A DNA stretch of 32,000 nucleotides from Halorhodospira halophila SL1 (GCF_000015585.1 NC_008789.1:1800001-1832000); one strand, 5' to 3'; counted from the first letter of the stretch, positions 20,762-30,837 are shown. Numbers and translations are program-made. Notes: a model not told the origin generated them from the letters alone.

Positions 20762-21655
20762 ATGCCGGAAATCGGCGCCCACGTCTCGGCGGCCGGAGGG
20801 CCCCAACGCGCCCCCGAGCGCGGCGGGGAGATCGGCTGCGACTGCATGCAGCTGTTCACCCGTAACCAGCGGAGCTGGAAGGTCAAGCCCATTGCCCCCG
20901 GCGAGGCCGATGCCTTCCGTCGTGCTCGCGCCGAGCATGGTATCGGCGCAGTGATGAGCCACGCTTCCTACCTGATCAACCTGGCAGCCACCGACCCGGA
21001 AAAGCACGCCAAGTCGCAGACGGCACTGGAGGCTGAGCTGGAGCGCTGCCACCAGCTCGGCATCGAGCTGCTCAATTTCCATCCCGGCGCCCACCTGGAG
21101 GCGGGGATCGAAGCCGGGATCGAGACCATCGCGGCCACGCTCAATGCCATCTGTCGCAACCACCCGGACAAGACGGATGTCTGCCTGGTACTGGAGAATG
21201 TCGCTGGGCAGGGCTCCACGGTGGGTGCCGACTTCGCGGAGCTGGCGGCTATCCTGGAGCGGCTTGAGACCCCCGAACGCTTCGGGGTCTGCGTCGACAC
21301 CGCCCACGCCTTCGCCGCCGGCTACGAGCTGCACACCGCCGCCGGCTGGGACGCCATGTGGGCAGCCTTCGACGACCATATCGGCCTGAACCGACTGGTG
21401 GCCCTGCATCTGAACGACTCGCGTCCACCCTGCGGCAGCCGCAAGGACCGGCACGCACTCATCGGCCGTGGCGAAATCGGCCCGGAGGCCTTCAGGCGCG
21501 CGGTCACGGATCCGCGCACCGCGTCTCTACCACAGATGCTTGAGACGCCCGCCGGGCCGGAGGGCTGGGCGCAGGAGATCGACTGGTTGCGTGGCTGCGC
21601 CCAGGGCAACCAGCCCGACTTACCGGAGATCGAAGACCGCAACATCAACCTGTGA
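20762..21655 (+). CDS. nfo: endonuclease IV (AP endonuclease)
   Basis: MPEIGAHVSAAGG..., LINLA, NFHPGAH, ENVAGQG, DTAHAFAAGY, HLNDS, all collinear with E. coli Nfo. GAGGAGGA SD. The track start at 20246 is rejected. Confidence 0.92.
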   Translation: MPEIGAHVSAAGGPQRAPERGGEIGCDCMQLFTRNQRSWKVKPIAPGEADAFRRARAEHGIGAVMSHASYLINLAATDPEKHAKSQTALEAELERCHQLGIELLNFHPGAHLEAGIEAGIETIAATLNAICRNHPDKTDVCLVLENVAGQGSTVGADFAELAAILERLETPERFGVCVDTAHAFAAGYELHTAAGWDAMWAAFDDHIGLNRLVALHLNDSRPPCGSRKDRHALIGRGEIGPEAFRRAVTDPRTASLPQMLETPAGPEGWAQEIDWLRGCAQGNQPDLPEIEDRNINL

Positions 21656-21674
21656 CCTCTGTGAGGAGTCTGCA

Positions 21675-22733
21675 ATGAGCCACCCCCCTTTCCTGATCGT
21701 CGGCCAGGGCCTGGCCGGCAGCCTGGTCGCCCTGAGCCTGCTCGAACGCGGCGCGGCGGTGACCGTCGTGGATGACGGCGCGGCGGACGCCCCCTCGCGG
21801 GTCACCCCGGGACTGGCCACCCCCATCGCCGGTCCTCGTCTGACCTTCCCCCCCAGCGGAGCCGCGACTGCCGCCGGCTCATGGCAACGCTACCGCCGCC
21901 TAGAGCGGTTGTTCGGGCAGCGCCTGCTGCAGTCCCACGACATCCTGCACATGGCGGGCGGCCGCGAGGAATTGCGTCAATTCCAGAAGCGCAGCCTGGA
22001 CCCGGCGTTTGCGCACTGGCTCGGCCGACAGTTCTCCCCCGGCGATCACGATGGTGTACTCGCCGACCCCTGGGGGGGATTCGAGATCCGCGGCGGGCAG
22101 GTCAATGTCCCCGCCCTGCTCAGCCACGCCGCTGCGGCCCTGCGCGCCCAAGACGCCCTGCGCGACGGGGTGGTGAACACCGCGGATCTACACATCGATG
22201 CCGACGGCCTGAGCTGGCAGGGTCAGCGCTACCGCGAGGTGATCTTCTGCGACGGCCCCGCCGGTTCGGCCAACCCATGGTTGGCAGGCGTCGGACTCCA
22301 GCGCGTCCCCGGTGAGGTCCTCACCGTCAGCCCCGCGCACCCGATCCCCAGCCACATCTACCACGGCCGCGCCGGTTACCTGGCCCCGCAGCCCGGGCAA
22401 CACGGACTCTTCCGACTCGGCGCCACCTACGGCACCCCGGATACACCGGCAGCCCCCACCGAGGCCGGCCGCGACACCTTGCTCGCCCAGCTGCCCCGGC
22501 TGCTCTCGCGTCCGCCGCGGATGGAGGTCGTCGACCACCGGGCCGGTACGCGCCCGGCAACGCCCCAGCGCTGCCCGGTACTCGGCCGCATACCGGGGAA
22601 ACCGGCTGCCGTACTCAACGGGCTCGGCGCCCGCGCCATGCTCCAGGCCCCCTACCTGGCCGAACGGCTGGCCGAGCATCTGCTCGAGGACGCGCCGCTG
22701 CCGGAGGGCTGCCTGACCCCTCGCCCGGAATGA
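21675..22733 (+). CDS. DAO-family FAD-dependent oxidoreductase (MnmC oxidoreductase-domain-like by context)
   Basis: GAGGAG SD. N-terminal dinucleotide fold FLIVGQGLAGSLVALSLLERG. C-terminal AGTRPATPQRCPVLG...NGLGARAMLQAPYLAERLAEHL resembles the DAO/MnmC(o) C-terminus. Its TGA overlaps the next gene's ATG (ATGA at 22730-22733). Confidence 0.7.
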   Translation: MSHPPFLIVGQGLAGSLVALSLLERGAAVTVVDDGAADAPSRVTPGLATPIAGPRLTFPPSGAATAAGSWQRYRRLERLFGQRLLQSHDILHMAGGREELRQFQKRSLDPAFAHWLGRQFSPGDHDGVLADPWGGFEIRGGQVNVPALLSHAAAALRAQDALRDGVVNTADLHIDADGLSWQGQRYREVIFCDGPAGSANPWLAGVGLQRVPGEVLTVSPAHPIPSHIYHGRAGYLAPQPGQHGLFRLGATYGTPDTPAAPTEAGRDTLLAQLPRLLSRPPRMEVVDHRAGTRPATPQRCPVLGRIPGKPAAVLNGLGARAMLQAPYLAERLAEHLLEDAPLPEGCLTPRPE

Positions 22734-23335
22734 GTGAGCCGCTGACGCAGACCGCGCACCGCCACGTGGCCCGGGTGCTCGGCCGCAACGGGCGGGCGAT
22801 CGACGCCACGGCCGGTAACGGCCACGACGCCCGATTCCTGGCCGAACAAACCGGCCCCGGGGGCAGCGTCCTGGTGGTCGATCTGCAGTGGGGCGCCCTG
22901 CACAACACCCGTACACGTCTGGAGGCGGCCGGAAACCTGACCCCTTGTTACCTGGTCCAGGCCAATCACCGGCACCTGGCCACCTTGACGCCGGCAGACT
23001 GGCACGGCAGCGTCGATACGGTGACGTTCAACCTCGGCTATCTCCCCGGAGGCGATCGGGCGGTCACCACGCAGCCCGAGCACACCGAGGCGGCCCTGGA
23101 CGCCGCTCGGCGCCTGCTTCGGCCCGGCGGCCTGCTCAGCGTAGTGGCCTATCGAGGCCACCCGGGCGGAGCCGCCGAGGCCCGATGCGTGGCGCGCTGG
23201 ATGACCATGGCCGCGAACGCGGGGGACCACTGGCAGGAGCGGGCCGCTGGCCCTGACACCGCCCCGATCCTCCACCTGCTATGGCGTCAGGGCGAAGGGG
23301 ATCACCACGAGGAGGGAACAAGATGGCGAAGCTGA
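22730..23335 (+). CDS. mnmM: YtqB/MnmM-type SAM-dependent methyltransferase (Pfam 'putative rRNA methylase' family)
   Basis: IDATAGNGHDARFLAE, FNLGYLPGGDRAVTT, VAYRGHPGG match the B. subtilis YtqB motifs I recall (IDATMGNGHDTQFLAE, FNLGYLPGGDKSITT, VVYHGHPEG). Confidence 0.7.
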   Translation: MSEPLTQTAHRHVARVLGRNGRAIDATAGNGHDARFLAEQTGPGGSVLVVDLQWGALHNTRTRLEAAGNLTPCYLVQANHRHLATLTPADWHGSVDTVTFNLGYLPGGDRAVTTQPEHTEAALDAARRLLRPGGLLSVVAYRGHPGGAAEARCVARWMTMAANAGDHWQERAAGPDTAPILHLLWRQGEGDHHEEGTRWRS

Positions 23336-23994
23336 TCATCGGCGCCAATCGAGGCATCGGCCTGGAGACCACACGGCAGTTGCGCGCCCGCGGCGACGAC
23401 GTAATCGCGACCGCGCGCAACGCCTCCGAGGAACTGCGCAGTACCGGGGCGCAGATCCAAGAGGGGGTCGACATCACCCGCCACGACACCCTCCACGCCC
23501 TGGCCGACCGGCTGTCCGGGGAACCCCTGGAGTGGGTCCTGGTGGTTTCGGGGCTGATGCGGGTCCAGCGCCTGGGGGCCCTGGATGAGACCGCGGTGGC
23601 CGGCATCCGCGCCCAGTTCGAGACCAACGCCCTGGGCCCGCTGATGGCCGCCGAGGCACTCCACCCGCTGCTCAACGACGGCGGCACGCTCGGCATCGTC
23701 ACCAGCCGCATGGGGTCCATCGCCGACAACACCTCCGGGAATAGCTACGGGTACCGGATGAGCAAGGCAGCGGTGAACATGGCGGCTGTGTCGCTCGCCC
23801 ACGACCTGCGCCCGCGCGGCATCGCCGTGGCACTGCTGCATCCCGGCTGGGTGCGTACCGACATGACCAGCCACAACGGACTGATCGACCCACCGGAGTC
23901 CGCCGCCGGTATCATCGAGCGTATGGGCCAGGTCAGTCTGGAAGACTCAGGGCGCTTCTGGCACGCGCCTAATCGGGAAGTCCTTCCCTGGTGA
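23323..23994 (+). CDS. short-chain dehydrogenase/reductase (CsgA/C-factor-like SDR)
   Basis: GANRGIG cofactor motif, catalytic YRMSK, HPGWVRTDM. GGAGGG SD upstream of the ATG at 23323. Overlaps the preceding gene by 13 nt. Confidence 0.8.
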   Translation: MAKLIIGANRGIGLETTRQLRARGDDVIATARNASEELRSTGAQIQEGVDITRHDTLHALADRLSGEPLEWVLVVSGLMRVQRLGALDETAVAGIRAQFETNALGPLMAAEALHPLLNDGGTLGIVTSRMGSIADNTSGNSYGYRMSKAAVNMAAVSLAHDLRPRGIAVALLHPGWVRTDMTSHNGLIDPPESAAGIIERMGQVSLEDSGRFWHAPNREVLPW

Positions 23995-24295
23995 CCAGCG
24001 GCTGGATGGCCTCCAGCTTGCCCTGCAGGGCAAGCTGGGCGCGATCCAGGTCGTACTGGTTCTGCAGCTGCAACCACAGCTCCGGGGCCGTACCGAAGAA
24101 CCGGGCCAGCCGCAGCGCGGTGTCCGCGGAGATGCCGCGCTTGCCCAACACCAGCTCATTGATGCGCCGCGGCGGGACACCGATGGCCCGGGCCAATCGA
24201 TACTGGGACAGCCCGGCCGGCTCAAGGAACTGCTCGAGCAGCACCTCTCCCGGGTGGATGGGGGTTCCGGCGGTGGACGTCCGTCTCTGACTCAT
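23969..24295 (-). CDS. higA: HigA-family antitoxin-like XRE HTH protein (solitary)
   Basis: IHPGEVLLEQFLEPAGLSQYRLARAIGVPPRRINELVLGKRGISADTALRLARFFGTAPELWLQLQNQYDL is the typical HigA/VapI HTH domain. Its 3' end overlaps the SDR 3' end convergently by 26 nt. Confidence 0.8.
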   Translation of the reverse strand: MSQRRTSTAGTPIHPGEVLLEQFLEPAGLSQYRLARAIGVPPRRINELVLGKRGISADTALRLARFFGTAPELWLQLQNQYDLDRAQLALQGKLEAIQPLVTREGLPD

Positions 24296-24372
24296 ACCCT
24301 AACCATAACGCACCCCGTTACGACCGCAAACGCGGACACCGTGGTAGGCTGATCCTTAACAATTGGGATACC

Positions 24373-24401
24373 TTGACCCATCATATTTATTGATAGGTCA
24401 A
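24373..24401. promoter_or_regulatory. 11-7-11 imperfect inverted repeat (operator-like) in the higA/pckG divergent region
   Basis: TTGACCCATCA-tatttat-TGATAGGTCAA. 10 of 11 arm positions are complementary, with an AT-rich centre. The only strong palindrome in this 139-nt gap. Confidence 0.4.
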
Positions 24402-24434
24402 CGCCACGACCGACACCGCACCCCGGGAGGAGAC

Positions 24435-26213
24435 ATGACGGAACACCAGCAGCTGCTTCGTTGGGTCGAGGAGATCCGCCAGCTCTGCCGACCGAGCAAC
24501 ATCCACTGGTGTGACGGTTCGAGCGACGAGTATCAGGCCATGTGCCAGCTCATGGTCGCTGACGGGACCGCCCAATGGCTGAACCCCGAGCTACGCCCCA
24601 ACAGCCTGCTCATCCGCTCCGACCCGGCCGATGTGGCGCGGGTCGAGGACAGCACCTTTATCTGCTCAACCGACCCCGACGATGCCGGTCCCACCAACAA
24701 CTGGGCCGACCCGGAGGAGATGCGCAACCACCTGCGCGGCCTGTTCGAGGGGTGCATGGAGGGGCGAACCCTCTTCGTCATCCCCTTCTCGATGGGGCCG
24801 GTTGGCTCACCGATCGCCCACATCGGGGTCCAGCTCACCGACTCCCCGTACGTCGTGGCCAATATGCACATCATGACCCGCGTGGGCCAGCCGGTGCTCG
24901 ATGTACTCGGCCGCGACGGACGCTTTGTGCCCTGCCTGCACTCGGTGGGCTATCCGTTGCGCGGTGACGACCCCGGTGTCCCGTGGCCCTGCGACCCGGA
25001 AAACCGCTATATCGTCCACTTCCCGGAGTCCCGGGAGATCTGGTCCTACGGTTCGGGCTACGGTGGCAACGCCCTGCTCGGCAAGAAGTGCTTCGCGCTG
25101 CGCATCGCCTCGGCCATGGCCCGAGACGAGGGCTGGCTGGCTGAGCACATGCTGATCCTCAAGCTCACCAGCCCGGACGGCGACGTCCAGTACATGGCCG
25201 GCGCCTTCCCCTCGGCCTGTGGCAAGACCAACCTGGCCATGCTGCGCCCACCCATGCCGGGCTGGAAAGTCGAGACCATCGGGGACGACATCGCCTGGAT
25301 GAAGTTCGGTTCGGATGGGCGCCTCTACGCCATCAACCCCGAGGCCGGCTTCTTCGGCGTCGCCCCGGGTACGTCGTACAAATCCAACGCCAACGCCATG
25401 GAGAGCCTCCACGGCAACGCGATCTTCACCAACGTCGGCGAAACCCCCGAGGGCGATGTCTGGTGGGAGGAGATGACCGACGAGCCGCCGGCGCAACTCA
25501 CCGACTGGAAGGGGCGCCCCTGGACGCCGGAGAGCGGCGAACCGGCAGCCCACCCCAACGCCCGCTTCACGACACCGGCCCACCAGTGTCCTGCCATTGC
25601 CCCCGAGTGGAACGACCCGGCGGGTGTGCCCATCGACGCCATCATCTTCGGCGGTCGCCGGGGCGAGACCATCCCGCTGGTTCAGGAGGCCCGCGACTGG
25701 CAACACGGGGTCTTCCTCGGTTCGGTCATGGGCAGCGAGAAGACCGCCGCCGCCACCGGCAACCTCGGGGCCCTGCGCCGCGACCCCATGGCGATGCTGC
25801 CGTTCTGCGGGTACAACATGGCTGACTATTTCGCCCACTGGCTGCGGCTGGGCGAGCAGACCGGGCACGTCCTACCGCGCATCTACCACGTGAACTGGTT
25901 CCGTAAGGACGACAACGGCCGATTCATCTGGCCCGGATTCTCCGACAACGCGCGGGTCCTCAAGTGGATCTTCCAGCGCAATCGCGGCGAGATGGATGCC
26001 ATTGATAGCCCCATCGGGCGCCTGCCGAGGCCTGGAGACATCGACCTCAGCGGCCTGGAAATCGGCCCGGAGACCCTCACCGATCTCCTGGCGGTGGATG
26101 GCCCGGGCTGGCGACGGGAGATCGCGCTGATCCGGGAACACTACGCACAGTTCGGCGATCGTCTCCCGGCACAGCTCTGGCGCGAGCTGGAGTGGCTGGA
26201 GGCGAACCTCTAG
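24435..26213 (+). CDS. pckG: phosphoenolpyruvate carboxykinase (GTP)
   Basis: GGGAGGAG SD. Motifs FPSACGKTN (kinase-1a P-loop), GDDIAWM, NARFT, FGGRR, NWFRKD are typical of GTP-dependent PEPCK. The track TTG start at 24363 is rejected. Confidence 0.92.
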   Translation: MTEHQQLLRWVEEIRQLCRPSNIHWCDGSSDEYQAMCQLMVADGTAQWLNPELRPNSLLIRSDPADVARVEDSTFICSTDPDDAGPTNNWADPEEMRNHLRGLFEGCMEGRTLFVIPFSMGPVGSPIAHIGVQLTDSPYVVANMHIMTRVGQPVLDVLGRDGRFVPCLHSVGYPLRGDDPGVPWPCDPENRYIVHFPESREIWSYGSGYGGNALLGKKCFALRIASAMARDEGWLAEHMLILKLTSPDGDVQYMAGAFPSACGKTNLAMLRPPMPGWKVETIGDDIAWMKFGSDGRLYAINPEAGFFGVAPGTSYKSNANAMESLHGNAIFTNVGETPEGDVWWEEMTDEPPAQLTDWKGRPWTPESGEPAAHPNARFTTPAHQCPAIAPEWNDPAGVPIDAIIFGGRRGETIPLVQEARDWQHGVFLGSVMGSEKTAAATGNLGALRRDPMAMLPFCGYNMADYFAHWLRLGEQTGHVLPRIYHVNWFRKDDNGRFIWPGFSDNARVLKWIFQRNRGEMDAIDSPIGRLPRPGDIDLSGLEIGPETLTDLLAVDGPGWRREIALIREHYAQFGDRLPAQLWRELEWLEANL

Positions 26214-26247
26214 GCCAAGACGCCGTCCGCACCTAGAAGTGCTCATC

Positions 26248-26289
26248 AAAAAACCCCCGGTGGGGCCACGCCCCACCGGGGGTTGTCTT
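26248..26289. terminator. bidirectional rho-independent terminator between pckG (+) and metF (-)
   Basis: AAAAAA-CCCCCGGTGGGG-ccacg-CCCCACCGGGGG-TTGTCTT. 12-bp stem. Six U follow on the minus-strand transcript. Confidence 0.85.
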
Positions 26290-26334
26290 GATGGCAAACG
26301 CGGAACGCGCGCATCTGTGGCGCCGACGCCGACC

Positions 26335-27249
26335 TTACGGCTGCGCCGGCACCTCGACCTCGTCCGGCTTGCGCACCTCGCCGCCGGTCTGCTCCGACAG
26401 CCCAAGGTTGTGCCAGATGCGCTCGACCACCGGCGCCTTGTTCAAGGCGTAGAAGTGGATGCCGGGCGCACCATTGTCCAGCAGGTCCTCGCAAAGCCGC
26501 GTCACGACGTCGATGCCGTACTCCATCCGCGACTGTGGGTCATCTTTCCAGGCCTCCATCCGCTGTGCCAGCCAGCGCGGCATGTCGGCCTTGCAGGCCG
26601 CGGCGAATCGCGCCTGCTGCTCGAAGTTCATCAGCGGCATGATGCCGGGGACGATCGGGATGTCCACCCCGCGCTTCTCGCAATCCTCGACAAAGCGGTA
26701 GTAGCAGTCCGCGTTGTAGAAGAACTGCGTGATGGCCGAGTCCGCGCCGGCCTTGGCCTTGCGGACGAAGTTCTCGATATCGGTCAGTGCGTCCGGGGCC
26801 TCCGGGTGGAACTCCGGATAGGCGCCCACCTCGATGTAGAAGTGGTCACCGGTGACCTCGCGGATCAGCTCGACGAGCTCGTTGGCGTAACTCAGCTCGC
26901 CCTGCCCCATGGACCCGGAGCCGGACGGCCGATCGCCGCGCAGGGCGACGATGTACTTCACACCCTGCTCTTTGTAGTCGAGGATCATCTGCTTGAGCCG
27001 ATCCCGACTGGCGTCGATGCACGACAGGTGCGGCGCAGCGTCGGCGGTGCTGTTGCGCTGGATGTCGATCACCGTCTCGAAGGTGCGATCCTGGGTCGAC
27101 CCCCCGGCGCCGAAGGTCACCGAAAAGTAAGCCGGGTTCAGCCGCTCCAGGCGCTCCCGCGTGCCCTTCAGGTTCTCCGCGCCCTCGTCGGTCTTGGGCG
27201 GGAAGAACTCGAAACTGAAGACGCGGGGGTGTTTCTTTTGACTTTCCAT
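26335..27249 (-). CDS. metF: 5,10-methylenetetrahydrofolate reductase
   Basis: FSFEFFPPKT, SVTFGAGGST, CIDAS..., HFYALN motifs. 304 aa. GGAGGGG SD. Confidence 0.92.
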   Translation of the reverse strand: MESQKKHPRVFSFEFFPPKTDEGAENLKGTRERLERLNPAYFSVTFGAGGSTQDRTFETVIDIQRNSTADAAPHLSCIDASRDRLKQMILDYKEQGVKYIVALRGDRPSGSGSMGQGELSYANELVELIREVTGDHFYIEVGAYPEFHPEAPDALTDIENFVRKAKAGADSAITQFFYNADCYYRFVEDCEKRGVDIPIVPGIMPLMNFEQQARFAAACKADMPRWLAQRMEAWKDDPQSRMEYGIDVVTRLCEDLLDNGAPGIHFYALNKAPVVERIWHNLGLSEQTGGEVRKPDEVEVPAQP

Positions 27250-27271
27250 TGAACCCCTCCGATTGACTCGA

Positions 27272-27334
27272 AGCGTTCAGTGCTCAGTGTTCAACGTTCG
27301 GACCGCCCGGCCCGAACGCTGAACGCTGAACGCT
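27272..27334 (-). repeat. long imperfect hairpin built from tandem heptamer repeats, ahcY-metF intercistronic
   Basis: Plus strand: AGCGTTC AGTGCTC AGTGTTC AACGTTC (27272-27299), loop, then GAACGCT x3 as perfect tandem copies (27314-27334). The arms pair over about 23 bp, including G-U pairs, on the minus-strand RNA. Confidence 0.6.
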
Positions 27335-27343
27335 CTGGGCGCT

Positions 27344-27380
27344 CAACCGAAACCCCGGAGGCCGCTGCGCGGCCCCCGGG
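27344..27380 (-). terminator. terminator/attenuator-like hairpin just downstream of ahcY
   Basis: On the minus-strand RNA: CCCGG-G-GGCCGC-gca-GCGGCC-U-CCGGG followed by GUUUCGGUU. 11 bp plus one G-U pair. The U-tract is interrupted, so readthrough into metF is likely. Confidence 0.45.
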
Positions 27381-27411
27381 TCTGTCGGTCAAGCCGTGGT
27401 GGCGTACCGGC

Positions 27412-28704
<1,293 letters not shown>

Positions 28705-28732
28705 GCTTTCGGGTTACTCCTTGCGTATTCGG

Positions 28733-29899
28733 TTACTTGAGGCCAGCGGCGTCCTTGAGGGCGGCAGCACGGTCGGTGCGCTCCCACGGCACGTCGATGT
28801 CCTCGCGGCCAAAGTGGCCGTAGGCGGCGGTCGGGCGGTAGATCGGCTGCTCCAGGCCCAGCATCTTCAGGATGCCGTACGGACGCAGGTCGAAGTTCTC
28901 GCGGACCACCTTGTTGATCACTTCCTCGTCGATCTTGCCGGTGCCGAAGGTCTCGACGTTGACGGAGGTCGGCTCGGCAACGCCGATGGCGTAGGAGAGC
29001 TGCACCTCGCAGCGGTCAGCCAGGCCGGCGGCGACCACGTTCTTGGCGACGTAGCGACCGACGTACGCAGCCGAGCGGTCGACCTTGGACGGATCCTTGC
29101 CGGAGAAGGCACCACCGCCGTGACGGCCCATGCCGCCGTAGGTGTCGACGATGATCTTCCGGCCGGTCAGGCCGCAATCACCCAGCGGGCCGCCGGTGAC
29201 GAAGCGCCCGGTCGGGTTGATGTGATACTTGGTGTCGTTGGTCAGCCAGCCGGTGTCACCCAGTACGGGCTTGATGATCTCCTCCATCACGCCCTCGTGG
29301 ACCGTCTTCTGATCCACGGTCTCGTCGTGCTGGGTGGAGAGCACCACGGCGTCACAGCCAACGATCTTGTCGCCTTCGTACTGGAAGGTGACCTGGCTCT
29401 TCGCGTCGGGGCGCAGCCACGGCAGCTTGCCGTTCTTGCGCACCTCGGCCTGGCGCTTGACCAGCAGGTGGGAGTAGTGGATGGCCGCCGGCATGAGCAC
29501 ATCGGTCTCATTGGTGGCGTAGCCGAACATCAGGCCCTGGTCACCAGCGCCCTGCTCCTCTTCCTCCTCGCGATCGACGCCCTGGTTGATGTCCGGGGAC
29601 TGCTCGCCCAGCGCGTTGAGCACCGCGCAGGTGTCGGCGTCGAAGCCCATGTCCGAGCTGGTGTAGCCGATCTCACGGACCACGTCGCGAACCAGCGGCT
29701 CAACGTTGACCTTGGCCGTGCTCTTGATCTCGCCAGCTACCACGACCATGCCGGTCTGGATCATGGTCTCAGCCGCCACGCGGGACTTCGGATCCTGGCG
29801 CAGGAACTCGTCCAGCAGGGCATCGGAGATCGCGTCGGCCATCTTGTCCGGGTGGCCCTCGGACACCGACTCAGACGTAAAGAGGTAGCGCTTGCTCAT
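28733..29899 (-). CDS. metK: S-adenosylmethionine synthase
   Basis: [44 protein letters not shown]. 388 aa. GAAGGAG SD. Confidence 0.97.
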   Translation of the reverse strand: MSKRYLFTSESVSEGHPDKMADAISDALLDEFLRQDPKSRVAAETMIQTGMVVVAGEIKSTAKVNVEPLVRDVVREIGYTSSDMGFDADTCAVLNALGEQSPDINQGVDREEEEEQGAGDQGLMFGYATNETDVLMPAAIHYSHLLVKRQAEVRKNGKLPWLRPDAKSQVTFQYEGDKIVGCDAVVLSTQHDETVDQKTVHEGVMEEIIKPVLGDTGWLTNDTKYHINPTGRFVTGGPLGDCGLTGRKIIVDTYGGMGRHGGGAFSGKDPSKVDRSAAYVGRYVAKNVVAAGLADRCEVQLSYAIGVAEPTSVNVETFGTGKIDEEVINKVVRENFDLRPYGILKMLGLEQPIYRPTAAYGHFGREDIDVPWERTDRAAALKDAAGLK

Positions 29900-29996
29900 G
29901 GTTACTCCTTCTCGCTAAGGATTCTCAGGTTATACAACTCCGGCGGCGCGGCCGCAGCCGCGCGCGGCCCGGAATCCATGGGTGAATACGCGGGGG

Positions 29997-30833
29997 TTAG
30001 TCCTTCCGGAAGTGGAAGATGCCCCAGGACAGGTAGCCGTTGTTGCCGCCCTCGACCCAGTGCTGCAGGCCCTTTTTCATGCGGGCGACGTAGTCGTCGG
30101 AGACGATCCCGTCAAGCTCGTGACCGCGCCGCTCCAGCTCCTTATGAACACGGCCATAGTGGCGCGGGAGCTGCGGCGTATTGTCATCGAACTCGAGCTC
30201 CGTCATGCCGTTCTTCTTGAGCTCCTCACGGTAGAAGCCCGGCGTACCCATAGTCGAGAGGTGGATGCGATCGAGGATCGGCTGGAGGACACCCTCGGGG
30301 CAGTCGTCGGCCTGCATCGGGTCCGTAAAGATGAACTCACCGCCCTTCTTCAGCACGCGAGTCACCTCGCTCATCACCCGGGGCCGATCACCGCTGTGCA
30401 GGAACGAGTCCTGGCACCAGACGATATCGAACGTCTCGGCGTCGAAGGGGATGTCCTCAAAGGCCCCGTCCACCACCTCGATCAGGTGATCGACGCCCTG
30501 CTCCTTGTTCATCTGCCGGTCGCGCTCATTCTCGCGCTCGGAGAGATTCAGCGCGACCACGCGGCACCCGTAGGTGTGCGCCAGGTAGCGGGCCACGCCG
30601 CCGTAACCGGCGCCCACGTCCAGCACGTAGCTGTCGGCGCTCAGGTTATTCAGCTTCGCGGCCATCCGCTCGACCGTCCGACGACTGGCGTCGAAGATCG
30701 GCTCATCCTCGTCTTCGTAGATGCCGACGTGCAGATCCTCACCCCCCCAGATGTGGAAGTAGAAGTTGTCTGCATCGCGACTGTTGTAATACTGGCGGGC
30801 CACCTCAATGGCCTCGTCATCATACTGACTCAT
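29997..30833 (-). CDS. sdmt: sarcosine/dimethylglycine N-methyltransferase (betaine synthesis steps 2-3)
   Basis: From MSQYDDEAIEVARQYYNSRDADNFY..., collinear with and highly similar to recalled Halorhodospira halochloris SDMT (...RYDDQAIETARQYYNSEDADNFY...LNLSERENERDRQMNKEQGVDHLIEVVD...WGIFYFRK). GGAGGAGG SD inside the end of the upstream gene. The track start at 30896 is rejected. Confidence 0.9.
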   Translation of the reverse strand: MSQYDDEAIEVARQYYNSRDADNFYFHIWGGEDLHVGIYEDEDEPIFDASRRTVERMAAKLNNLSADSYVLDVGAGYGGVARYLAHTYGCRVVALNLSERENERDRQMNKEQGVDHLIEVVDGAFEDIPFDAETFDIVWCQDSFLHSGDRPRVMSEVTRVLKKGGEFIFTDPMQADDCPEGVLQPILDRIHLSTMGTPGFYREELKKNGMTELEFDDNTPQLPRHYGRVHKELERRGHELDGIVSDDYVARMKKGLQHWVEGGNNGYLSWGIFHFRKD

Positions 30834-30837
30834 CAGG

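Noticed and set aside
20672-21454. Upstream 261 codons of the 409-aa minus ORF, and the first 172 codons of the 469-aa plus ORF (20246-20761).
   Set aside because: Each extension is antisense to a well-supported gene (nfo, host-attachment protein). Strong SD motifs (AAGGAGG, GAGGAGGA) precede the internal ATGs at 20671 and 20762, and homology starts only there. The same logic trimmed the track starts of alaS, recA, mutS, the DUF815 gene, the DAO gene, the SDR, pckG and SDMT.
24296-24434. HigB toxin gene upstream of higA.
   Set aside because: Only 139 nt are available before the divergent pckG start, and no ORF of suitable size occurs in any frame.
27272-27334. Tandem heptamer repeats as a CRISPR or minisatellite array.
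   Set aside because: The units are 7 nt with no spacers, and the two blocks are inverted relative to each other. It is a hairpin-forming element, not a CRISPR array. There are no cas genes in the window.
28705-29996. SAH, SAM-II or SAM/SAH riboswitch upstream of ahcY or metK.
   Set aside because: The metK-ahcY spacer is only 28 nt (SD only). The 97-nt SDMT-metK spacer contains a GC hairpin (GCGCGGC-cgca-GCCGCGC) but none of the conserved riboswitch core sequences I recall. An Infernal scan would be needed to be certain.
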